DNA of 64,000 nt from Phycisphaerae bacterium. Lineage in GTDB: Bacteria > Planctomycetota > Phycisphaerae > UBA1845. A program made the position numbers and the translations under genes. Positions 1 through 9,300 of the stretch are shown here, piece by piece. The DNA is taken from assembly GCA_963666835.2 (NCBI GenBank), contig CAXXGO010000001.1, positions 704,001 through 768,000 of the forward strand, given 5' to 3'. Position 1 is the first letter of the stretch. Each line of letters opens with the position of its first letter. The notes under the pieces are model-generated. The model was not told the DNA's origin, ran no database searches, and saw nothing but the letters and a program-made list of their open reading frames with translations.

Positions 1-1
1 C

Positions 2-910
2 CGCGGTGCTCGTGACTATGTCGAGCCGGGCGAGAATCTGGAGCTGAAGCTGTCGGGCTTCTATCGCAAGGTGGCGGATCCGGTTCTGGCCGATCTGGTG
101 CTCACGTACGGCGGGCTGAGTACGCACGATTGTTTCCCGCCCAAGCTGGGTGATTTGTTTGGCGGCAGCGAGTTGATTGTGGTCGGCCGATACAACGGCG
201 CCGGAGCCCGCGCGATCGAACTGACCGGCAACCGCCGCGGCGTAGCGGAGCAGTTTGTTTACGAGACCACCTTCCCCAGCGAGGATCAGACGAACGAGTT
301 TCTCCCGCGGCTGTGGGCGACGCGGAAGGTGGGGTACCTGCTTGATCAGATTCGCTTACACGGCGAAAACGCCGAGTTGAGAGCTACGGTTGTCGCTTTG
401 GCCACGAAGTATGGGATTGTCACGCCGTACACGTCGTATCTGGTCACTGAGCCGGGTGAGGTTGCGGTTAACCGGAGCGGCTTTGCTGATGACGGCCGGC
501 TCTTCCGCCGGAGCAAGATGGCGACGAGAGGGTCCGAGATGCCGGCCCCGGGTGGGGGATGGGCAGAGGTTAGCGGAGTCACGTCACCGGCGGTGGACGT
601 GGCGCGATCCGTCCAGGCGAGCCGCCTGCAGGAAGCGGACGCGGCCGACGGGCTCTCGGATTCTGCCAAGGAGGAGTCTGGAGAGTCTCGGGTCAGCCAC
701 GTGGGGACACGGACCTTCCGCCGGATCGGGGAGCGCTGGGTGGATACCGACTATGACGAGAAGTCGGAGACGGTGAAGGTGGAGCTGTTCTCTGCGGAGT
801 ACTTCAAACTGATTCGGGATCACAACGAGTTGGCCAAGTGCTTCGCCTTGGGCGATCGCGTGGTCGTGGTACTCAACGGAGTCGCTTACGAGACCGTGCC
901 GTCGCCGTAG
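2..910 (+). CDS. VWA/VIT (inter-alpha-trypsin inhibitor-like) domain protein, C-terminal part; 5' end lies outside the window
   Basis: The frame is open from the window edge (RGARDYVEPGENLE...). Motifs DLFGGSELIVVGRY, RLWATRKVGYLL and LATKYGIVTPYTSYLV are typical of bacterial VIT-VWA proteins. Confidence 0.8.
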   Translation, partial: RGARDYVEPGENLELKLSGFYRKVADPVLADLVLTYGGLSTHDCFPPKLGDLFGGSELIVVGRYNGAGARAIELTGNRRGVAEQFVYETTFPSEDQTNEFLPRLWATRKVGYLLDQIRLHGENAELRATVVALATKYGIVTPYTSYLVTEPGEVAVNRSGFADDGRLFRRSKMATRGSEMPAPGGGWAEVSGVTSPAVDVARSVQASRLQEADAADGLSDSAKEESGESRVSHVGTRTFRRIGERWVDTDYDEKSETVKVELFSAEYFKLIRDHNELAKCFALGDRVVVVLNGVAYETVPSP

Positions 911-951
911 GCGGATTGGTGACCTTAGCAGGGCGGATTCTCTGTGATGTC

Positions 952-1071
952 CCACGGGGCAACAGGTTGCCCCATGCCGCCCGCCGTTAGGTAACAACTG
1001 GGCACGCGAACGAGTTGCTGTGTACGTCTGGTACTTACGCCCCACGGGTCAACAAGTTGACCCATGCCACC
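952..1071. repeat. Two copies of palindromic REP-like element CCACGGG(T/G)CAACA(A/G)GTTG(A/C)CCCATGCC
   Basis: Copies start at 952 and 1042. The same element recurs at 32169, 35124, 50499, 52871, 53101 and 53360. Confidence 0.85.
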
Positions 1072-1108
1072 CGCGCGGCTTCCTGAAGCCGCGCGGGTTT
1101 CGTTGTTT
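1069..1108. terminator. GC-rich hairpin between convergent genes, possible bidirectional terminator
   Basis: ACCCGCGCGGCTTC-ct-GAAGCCGCGCGGGT is followed by a T-rich tract. Confidence 0.55.
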
Positions 1109-1110
1109 GA

Positions 1111-2337
1111 TCAATCCGTTGCTGGTGACCGTCGGGTGGTGATGTACCCGCCGACTCCGATGATCAGAGCCAGCATGACCACCATGCCTACGTCGGAGAC
1201 TGCGGGGATTTCCGGCCTGCGTATACCGTGAGCCGTCGCGCACGCGGCGGCGTCATCGCAAGGTGAGACGTCGAGGGCATCAAGATTATCCGTTGCCTCA
1301 CCCAGCCCCAGTTCGCTGGCCGAGAGGTACAGTTCCACCGGCTCGCCCGGGGCGGCGACGAAGACGTCCGCCGGTCCGGTTCCGGGAATCAGCGTGAACA
1401 AGTTCGATCCTGGGGCGAGGGAGAAGAAGACCTGATCCGCTCCGTCGAAGATCCGATTCTCGTCGGCGTCCACCACGATCATCGCGTCGATGTCATTGGC
1501 GGCGGCAAGCCCCAATTGGGTATGCGAAGCAAAGACCACGGTCTCCACCCCGGTGCCGGCAGGGTGCTCGTTAAAGAAGATATTCGCTCCGCTCGGGGCG
1601 TTCGGCAACGACAGGGCCGGCAGCGAAGGCGAGTCCGCTGCTACCGAGAAGTACACGTTCAAGATGTCCCCGCTTACCGCCTCGACCTGCAGGTATGCCG
1701 TCGAGTTGACGTTGTCTTGAGGGGCGCGGATCTGCTCCTCGGCGGAGCCGGGTGGATCGGCATTGAAGTCGGTTCCTCCTTCGTCGTAGTTATTGCGAAT
1801 CAAGGCGCTATTGTAAGTGAGGGCTCGCCCTTCGAGTTCACAGCCGGTCGATCGAGTGCAGAGCACCGTTGACATATACTGGTCACCGGCGCCTTGTCCG
1901 CGATTAGCCTGGTCCCAGGCGTTGTAGGGCACGCCCAAGTTGAAGAGCGTCGAGTCGGGGCTGGCTACGCCGTTCGTGGCGCGATCAACCGAAAAGAGAA
2001 GCGAGAACTGGTCGGCCGGTCCCAGTCCGCTGCCTGCGGATGACAGCGCGTCAATCTCGTCGAACGGTTCGACAATCGACCCGAGCCCGATCTGATCGCC
2101 CAGGACTACCTCTCGTGGCAGCGGGAAGTCCAACTCCAAGATGGAGTCGGCGTGCAGGCTCCCATCGAGCACCTTGGGGGACTGGCGGTCAAACGTGTAG
2201 TAGGGTACCGGCAGCGCATCATGCGGCGGAGCTGCCGTAGCCACAGCCGCAAACATGCAAAGCAGCAAGCTCCCCCCCTTTGCGACACGGGCAATGCCCC
2301 GCGGACCGGTCTTGTTTCTTCGGATATGAGTAATCAT
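1111..2337 (-). CDS. Secreted surface protein with FSVD/DxDAL repeats and an IPTL-CTERM-like sorting tail
   Basis: The ATG at 2337 overlaps the kinase stop (TGATG). It has a signal-like N-terminus, and the C-terminus IPAVSDVGMVVMLALIIGVGGYITTRRS fits motif + TM + basic tail. Confidence 0.75.
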   Translation of the reverse strand: MITHIRRNKTGPRGIARVAKGGSLLLCMFAAVATAAPPHDALPVPYYTFDRQSPKVLDGSLHADSILELDFPLPREVVLGDQIGLGSIVEPFDEIDALSSAGSGLGPADQFSLLFSVDRATNGVASPDSTLFNLGVPYNAWDQANRGQGAGDQYMSTVLCTRSTGCELEGRALTYNSALIRNNYDEGGTDFNADPPGSAEEQIRAPQDNVNSTAYLQVEAVSGDILNVYFSVAADSPSLPALSLPNAPSGANIFFNEHPAGTGVETVVFASHTQLGLAAANDIDAMIVVDADENRIFDGADQVFFSLAPGSNLFTLIPGTGPADVFVAAPGEPVELYLSASELGLGEATDNLDALDVSPCDDAAACATAHGIRRPEIPAVSDVGMVVMLALIIGVGGYITTRRSPATD

Positions 2338-5273
2338 CAATCGTCTCCCCCTAAGCTTGTCGAACGGACAGCTAGATCCGTTTCGTGAGCACCGATCGCA
2401 CTCTCCGAGTTGGCGGAGGCGTCCGGAGCAATCCACGCAGGCCATCCACTATCAGCCTCCAGTTTCCCAAAAATGACGCCGGCATGGAAGGAATAATTCA
2501 GCGCCCCGTCGTAGGACCGATAAGCCTTCGAAAAATGGTCAATCGCTTCACTTCGCTTGCCGTTTCCGAGCGCCATGGCGGCCGCATGGAAGTGAGCTTC
2601 CCCGCGGAGCTTCCAGGGGGTCTCGGCTTGCCCGGCCAGTGCTTCCAGTCGGTCGAATTGCCCACGATCGGCGGCGAAGTCGAATAGTGCCCGGACCCAT
2701 TCCTCCGACTGCGGGGGCTTTATGGCGGAGGTGAAATCAAGCTGCTCGATCCGGTCGTTCATTATCTCTAATGCTTCTTGCGGTTTGCCGAGCAACCGCA
2801 GGCAAGTGGCCGCCCGGAGCACGGACTGGGCGTCGTCGCCGGCCAGGGCGCGAGCATGCGAGAGGGCCGAATTCATGTCACCCAGCTCGGCATGAATCAG
2901 TGCCGGATAGAAATGAGCGTAGTACGGGCTTTCCGGCATGCACCCTGCGTGGTATTCAACGTCGTCATACGCGGCGTTGAGGTGGCCCAGCCAGTAGTGC
3001 AACCGCCAGCGATAGTGGTATCCTTCGCAGCGCTCTCGCTCGGCCTTTGCCAGCTCGATCGCCTCGGTGCGCGTGGCAATCGCGTCTTCGAAGCGTCCCA
3101 TGCGCTCGAGGCATTCGGCCTCGGCCGTCACGGGTCGATCGCTCGACGGATCGACCTCTCGGCCCAGGCGCGCCCACTGCAAGGCTGCGGCGAAACGATC
3201 TTCGGAAGCCTGATTTCCGCGCGTGCCCGCGCTACCCTCGTACACTTCCGCCGCCAACCGATTGGCAATCGAGAGCAGGTAGTACGGGTAAGCGCCGTAG
3301 TGTTGGCTTTCGACAAGCTGCTGCAATCCGGCTTCGGCTTCCTCCAGGCCGGTGATCGTCCGGGTTGCGTACATTTGTTGGTTGCGGGCTCGCGCTATAT
3401 GGAGAACGGCTTGGGGGAAGAACTTGTGCTCCAGAGCCCGCGCGGCGTTGGCGTTGCGATAGGATGCGATTGCCTCGAGCGGATCGTCGAAATGAACGGC
3501 TAACCCGCGGAAGAACCACTCTTCGGCCGTCTGGGGACCGCCGAGATCCTCCGCAAGCTGGAAAGCGTCGCGCGATTTCGTTTCTTGATTATCCCGCCAA
3601 TAGGCCCAGGCTAAAACGTACCATGCTTCGACGTTCTCCGGTTCGTTCTGCAGAAGCTCATCGAGGATCGCAATCGCCGCGGCCTGGTCGGAGCCGCCCA
3701 GGCATGCGATTGCCTCGGTCAGCAGAGCCTTGGGCGAATCCGCCCCGAGCAATCCGGCGCGGGCGATGTTCTCGATTACCAGCCCCGGTTTCCGGTAGTC
3801 GTCGTAGACTAAGGCAGCGTAGGCGCTGCGGATGAGGTCTTGGGATTCGCGGTGCCTGGCGGCTGACACGCTGGCGGCCCAACCCGCGCCGGCGCCGGCC
3901 AAAGCAATGGCCAGGGCGAGGGCGGCGGTCAAGGCTCGGTGCCGATTGACCCACTTAGCGGCTCTTTCGATTGGGCCGACGCGTCGGCTCTTGATAGGTC
4001 GACCTTCCGCGAATCGACGAAGATCCTCGGCAAGGGCTTCGGCCGTTGGGTATCTTCGATTGGGATCGCGTTCCAATGCCCGAAGGCAGATGGTCTCCAG
4101 GTCGATGGGGATTCGCGGGTCGAACCGGCGTGGTGATTGTGCGTCATCGGTGGCGATTGCGTGGAGGATCTGATCGCGGGTCTCGCCTGAGAATGGGCGG
4201 TGCCCGGAAATAGCCTCGTAGAGAGTTACGCCCACCGAGTAGATGTCGGTACGGTGATCCACCTCGTCCGGTTTGCCGCGGACCTGTTCGGGAGATAGAT
4301 AGGATGGCGTGCCCATTACCTCACCGGTTACGGTCAGGTCAGAGGTTTCCGTGAGGCGGGCCAGGCCGAAGTCGGTTATGTGGAGCCGCTGCCCTTCTCC
4401 CAGGATAAGGTTGTGCGGCTTGATGTCTCGATGAACGACCCCGTTGGCGTGAGCGTGGGCCAATCCTTCCGCCACGCCGGCCATGAGTCGGGCGATGTAC
4501 CTGAAGTCTTCCGCGGTCCGCCGGACCGGTTCCGGAGTTAAGCGGGGTGCGGTGGGGGCGGCCGGCTGATCCGAAGGCGGAGCGGCCGGGATCGTCGTGG
4601 AACTCTCGGACGCGGCATTGAACCTGGAAGTCAGCAGTTCCGGACGGGAGCTCAGGGCGGTGCCGAGACTGACGCCTTCGATCAACTTCATGGCGTAGTA
4701 GCAACTACCTTCGTATTCACCCTGGGCATATACGGGAACCACGTTGGCGTGGTTGAGCCGGGCGGCAGCTTGAGCTTCCCGGTGGAAGCGCTGCACCATA
4801 GCCCCACCTCGCAAAAGGGCCCCGGGGAGAACCTTGAGGGCCACCAACCGATCGAGCGACGTCTGCCGGGCGCGGTACACTACGCCCATTCCACCGCGGC
4901 CCAGTTCTCCGAGGATTTCGAAGTCCCCTATTCGGCTTCCCACCTTCGGCGCGGCGTTTGTGCCGGGAGCAGCCCACCCCAGAGCCGGTCCGCTTCCCGC
5001 AAGGGTCGCGGCGCTGCTCTTCAGGCCGTGGGTACCGACCCCGAACGCCTCGCGTAGCTCGGCCACCAGGAAGTCATCTTCTGCGACCAGACTGGAGCCC
5101 TCCACCGAAGGTCCCAGAACGCAACCACAGCTTCCGCAACGAGTCTGTTCGTCAGCAGAGGCTACGACAGTCTGGGAATGGCATGCTGGACAGATGAACT
5201 CGACCACGAGATTCCCTTTTTCGGCGAATGGAACGCTACCTTTCCATAGACCATATTCAGTTCGATCTGACAA
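2337..5273 (-). CDS. Hanks-type Ser/Thr protein kinase with N-terminal Zn ribbon, TM segment and TPR-like C-terminus (start uncertain)
   Basis: Kinase motifs GRGGMG, VALK, HRDIKPHN, DFG and GTPSYLSPE are intact. CPACH...CGSCG lies at the N-terminus. Confidence 0.92.
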   Translation of the reverse strand: MSDRTEYGLWKGSVPFAEKGNLVVEFICPACHSQTVVASADEQTRCGSCGCVLGPSVEGSSLVAEDDFLVAELREAFGVGTHGLKSSAATLAGSGPALGWAAPGTNAAPKVGSRIGDFEILGELGRGGMGVVYRARQTSLDRLVALKVLPGALLRGGAMVQRFHREAQAAARLNHANVVPVYAQGEYEGSCYYAMKLIEGVSLGTALSSRPELLTSRFNAASESSTTIPAAPPSDQPAAPTAPRLTPEPVRRTAEDFRYIARLMAGVAEGLAHAHANGVVHRDIKPHNLILGEGQRLHITDFGLARLTETSDLTVTGEVMGTPSYLSPEQVRGKPDEVDHRTDIYSVGVTLYEAISGHRPFSGETRDQILHAIATDDAQSPRRFDPRIPIDLETICLRALERDPNRRYPTAEALAEDLRRFAEGRPIKSRRVGPIERAAKWVNRHRALTAALALAIALAGAGAGWAASVSAARHRESQDLIRSAYAALVYDDYRKPGLVIENIARAGLLGADSPKALLTEAIACLGGSDQAAAIAILDELLQNEPENVEAWYVLAWAYWRDNQETKSRDAFQLAEDLGGPQTAEEWFFRGLAVHFDDPLEAIASYRNANAARALEHKFFPQAVLHIARARNQQMYATRTITGLEEAEAGLQQLVESQHYGAYPYYLLSIANRLAAEVYEGSAGTRGNQASEDRFAAALQWARLGREVDPSSDRPVTAEAECLERMGRFEDAIATRTEAIELAKAERERCEGYHYRWRLHYWLGHLNAAYDDVEYHAGCMPESPYYAHFYPALIHAELGDMNSALSHARALAGDDAQSVLRAATCLRLLGKPQEALEIMNDRIEQLDFTSAIKPPQSEEWVRALFDFAADRGQFDRLEALAGQAETPWKLRGEAHFHAAAMALGNGKRSEAIDHFSKAYRSYDGALNYSFHAGVIFGKLEADSGWPAWIAPDASANSESAIGAHETDLAVRSTSLGGDD

Positions 5274-5384
5274 CCGATTCTAACGGTTCTTACCGATCCA
5301 ACCCAAGTTGCCGGTCTGCGCCCGCATCAAATACACGCGATTATCGGAGCCGGCTTTGCGGGGGCCGGCTGACCGTTGAGCCGG

Positions 5385-5981
5385 TCAGACGTCCTGATCG
5401 GGATCCAGAGACTCCAGCCGTTCTCGTACCCGTTTCAACACACGGCTCTTGGCCTGGTACACGCTGGCCTTGTTCAGCCCGAGACGGTCGGCCGTGTCGT
5501 CCACCGATACTCCGGCCAGGGCGTGCATCTGAAAGGCCTGCAGGGTCTTCTCTTCGAACTCGTCGGCCACGGTCCGCAGAGCCCAGCGCAGCCGGTGGAG
5601 CCGCCATTCGCGCTCCCATTGACCGTCGGTGCTGGATTCTTTCTTGGCAGCCATGAAGTCTAGTACGGTGGGGTCCAATCCGGCCCGCTCCGCGGCGTTC
5701 TTAGAGGCGCGGCGGGTAAGGGCGTGAACGACTGCGGCTCGAAGGTAGCTGCGGAAGCGGCCTCGGCGCGCATCATACTCAAAGCCCTCCATGGCCTTGA
5801 ATAGGTACATCTCCACCTCTTGCACGACATCTTCCGCGTCGGCGTGGGTGGCCCCGCGAAGGCGGGCGTACCGGTACAGCAGTTCGCCGTACCGTTCATG
5901 AAACTCATCCCAACTGAGTTTATCGGAACGATTGCGAAGTCGCAGAAGCAGTGTAATGCGCGTAGTGTCATCCGGTTGCAT
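5385..5981 (-). CDS. ECF-type RNA polymerase sigma factor
   Basis: Motifs TTRITLL, WDEFHERY, DAEDVVQEV and RGRFRSYL, plus a region-4 HTH (TADRLGLNKASVYQAKSRV). It lies directly upstream of the kinase. Confidence 0.92.
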   Translation of the reverse strand: MQPDDTTRITLLLRLRNRSDKLSWDEFHERYGELLYRYARLRGATHADAEDVVQEVEMYLFKAMEGFEYDARRGRFRSYLRAAVVHALTRRASKNAAERAGLDPTVLDFMAAKKESSTDGQWEREWRLHRLRWALRTVADEFEEKTLQAFQMHALAGVSVDDTADRLGLNKASVYQAKSRVLKRVRERLESLDPDQDV

Positions 5982-6360
5982 CAGTAACTTATTGTCGTTC
6001 AGGTCGTGCCAAAAGACAAGCGCGGGACGCCTTTTAGGGTTTCGGAATCCCATGCGGCGCGCCCCCGTCAAGCGGCAACACAATCAGTATGCGGCGAGGC
6101 GCAAGGTGCCGGATTCGGTGCGTCGCCGCAAGTTGGTCGCGGGCGGTTCAATCTCGTGTCAAGAAACGGCGCTAGCAGTCTATTTACGAGAGCAACGTGG
6201 CCGGACACCGCTGTTGAAGGTGTTGCGGGCGTTTGCACAGTGAGGAGGACGGAGGGGTACAACACGCTCGGCGGCGGATTCGGGCCGGTCGCCGCGCGCT
6301 CCACCAAATGCCTTTTGACGGCTGGTTTCAGTGGCGGCGTTACGCCGCGGGAGGTCAAGA

Positions 6361-9300
6361 ATGCGTACACGACGGTTGTTTGGCTGGGCTACTATTGCAG
6401 TACTCGGAGTCCTGGCGTTTGCCGCGCCGGCTTCGGCGTACAATATTTGGGCGGGGATCACGTTGGATGTCCATCAGGACATCCCGGACGGATCGCTGCC
6501 CGATGGTCGACTGCCCAATGACTTTCACATCGAGGGGCTGATATGTACGGCCAGCGGCGTGGCACCGGTCTTGAGCAATCACTTGGATGGGTTATTTCCG
6601 ATCTTCAACTACTCGATCACGAAGTTGAATCCGGGTGATCCGGCGGATTGCTGGTATACGTTCGTGGCCGACTGGGAGCTGAATGCCGGGGATCTCGGGA
6701 TTCCGTACTGTACGGTGGTGCATCTCGGCTTGCTCTTCTCAGTAGAAGACGAGAATACCATGATCGATCTGGTGGGGTGGTGGACGCTTGACGGTGTTCG
6801 CGTGGGTGACGTCATCGGCGGTTATCCCAATGAGGGTTATGTGCCGGCCTTGGGGTTCTACGTGGATCCGGTTACCGCGACGCCGGGTCCCAGCGTGAGG
6901 ATCGGTAACGGGTTTATTCCACCGTTCGATCCGCCGGCGCCGCCGCTACCTCCACCCGGTCCGGTCCCGATCGACGTTGAAGTGACCGAGTTGGACGTGG
7001 TTGTGATGAACCGGGCGGATGTCCCGTTGGCGTGGTTCGAGGAGCTGTATGACGGCGGGGCGCAGGATTCGTGGGGATGGGTTCCGGTTCTCGACGGTGC
7101 CGGAAACGACATCGACCCGACGAACCCGTTTCCGCTGGCCGCGGACAGCTTTTTTGATGTGTTCTTGGAGGGGACGCCGGGCATGGGTGACGTTACGCCG
7201 GCCACCCCGGTTGACTTGCCCGGGCACGAGCTTCTCTTCGTGCGCTCCAAGAGGAACTTCATCAACAATAACGGGGTGACGTATCCTGGCGGCGGAGATA
7301 CGGACAACGGTCTGTGGCAGTGGCACATTCACGAAGCGCAGGGGATCGAGGCGTGCTGTTTTGTCGATGGGTCGTGCCAGGATTTGACTCCAATCGATTG
7401 CGCTGCGCAAGGCGGTTTCCCGCAAGGAGCGGGTTCGGATTGTGCAACAACCGTATGTCCTGTGGAGGATCAGGCGTGCTGCTATGCGGATGGAAGTTGT
7501 CGGGATGAAGACCCGAATCAGTGTCTTGCTAATGGCGGGACTCCGCAAGGGGTGGGCACTGTTTGTGCGACGACCGACTGCCCTCTACCGGATCCGGAGG
7601 CCTGTTGCCTGCCGGATGGCACTTGCGTTGTGCTCCTGCCGGCCGATTGTCTAGCCCAGAACGGAACGCCGATGGGTGTGCCGAACTGCGACGGGGTCGT
7701 CTGTGAAGAGGGCGAGGATTATGCGTTCGAGTTTTCGCTGGATATCGGCTCGGATATCGAGTTGAGTGATCCGCTCTTTGATGGCGACGAGGCGGCCGAC
7801 CCCGGGGACGTTTACTGGTGGCAGAGTGCCGTGATTGCTCCGCCCGGACGGGATGGGTTCAAAGATGACATTCTGATCTTCGCTCTCGATCCTTGGCCGG
7901 ATCCGCCGGATGGGGCCGTACCGCCGGCAACCCGCGTTCCTGTCGGAACCGGCAGTCCTGATGACTATCACACTTACTTCGACCTCGACGGCCACGATCA
8001 GATCGATGTGTCTCTACGTACCGAATACGAGTTGGTTGGGCTGCCGCTGGCGGCGCCGATCCCGCAATGGGCGTCATCGTGCATTTATAGTCCGGAGTTT
8101 CTGGCAGTCTCTTTCGATGACGACCAAGCTCCCGGTTGGCCGGCGAACGATGTTCCGGTTATGGTTCCTTCTCCGGCGGGCGTCAGTAGCTACGGTACGA
8201 CTGCAGGGCAGGATGAGGTCATCGGCGTGACACTGGGGTCGGTAATCCCGCCCGCGCCCATTGTCAATAGGTACGCCATTGCCGATGAGGTTACAGTCCA
8301 TCAGAGCATGATTCCGAACCCGGACGCGAGCGAAGCGGACGACGACGACGTTGATTCTCTCGACATCGTACGTAATCAGTTGACTTGTCCTTATTGGTAC
8401 TTCAGCCCGGACCACGAGGCCGATTACGGTCTCGACCCCGGAGATATTTACGAAGTTTCCGCCGGTGGTGTTCCGTGGCTCGTGATCGATGACGTGAACA
8501 ACCTGGGGCTGCTGCCTGACACGGACGTGGATGCGTTCGAGTTCGCGTGGCTGACCCATGAGACCCAGGGGCTGGTGTTCGGGGTGTTGTTCAGTGTTGA
8601 TGAGGATGATCCGTTGACTCCGGTCGACGAGTCCGGCGGGCTCAGTCCGCGAATAATCTACGGATCCTTCCTGACCGGATCGTACTTCGTGTTTGCCGGT
8701 CCGCTTGAGGATGACATCGACGCTTTGACTATCTGGTTTGAGACGCTCGAGAAGGAGAAGCCGGAAGCCTGCTGCTATCCCGACGGGAGTTGCGTAGATG
8801 AGACCGCGGCATCCTGTACGGCGAACGGTGGTACGCCTCAGGGATCGGGCACGGATTGCTCAACGACAACGTGCCCGCAGCCGACGGAGGCTTGCTGTTA
8901 CCCCGACGGGAGCTGCGTAGACGAGACCGCGGCTTCCTGTACGGCGAACGGTGGAACGCCTCAGGGTTCGGGGACGGATTGCTCCACAACTACCTGTCCG
9001 GAGCCGACGGAGGCTTGCTGTTACCCCGACGGGAGCTGCGTAGATGAGACCGCGGCCTCCTGTACGGGCAACGGCGGGACTCCTCAGGGTTCCGGCACGG
9101 ATTGCTCTACTACGACATGTCCGGAGCCGACGGAGGCCTGCTGTTATCCCGACGGGAGTTGCGTAGACGAGACCGCGGCCTCCTGTACGGGCAACGGCGG
9201 GACTCCTCAGGGTTCGGGGACGGATTGCTCTACTACGACATGTCCGGAGCCGACGGAAGCTTGCTGCTATCCCGACGGAAGTTGCGTCGATGAGACCGCG

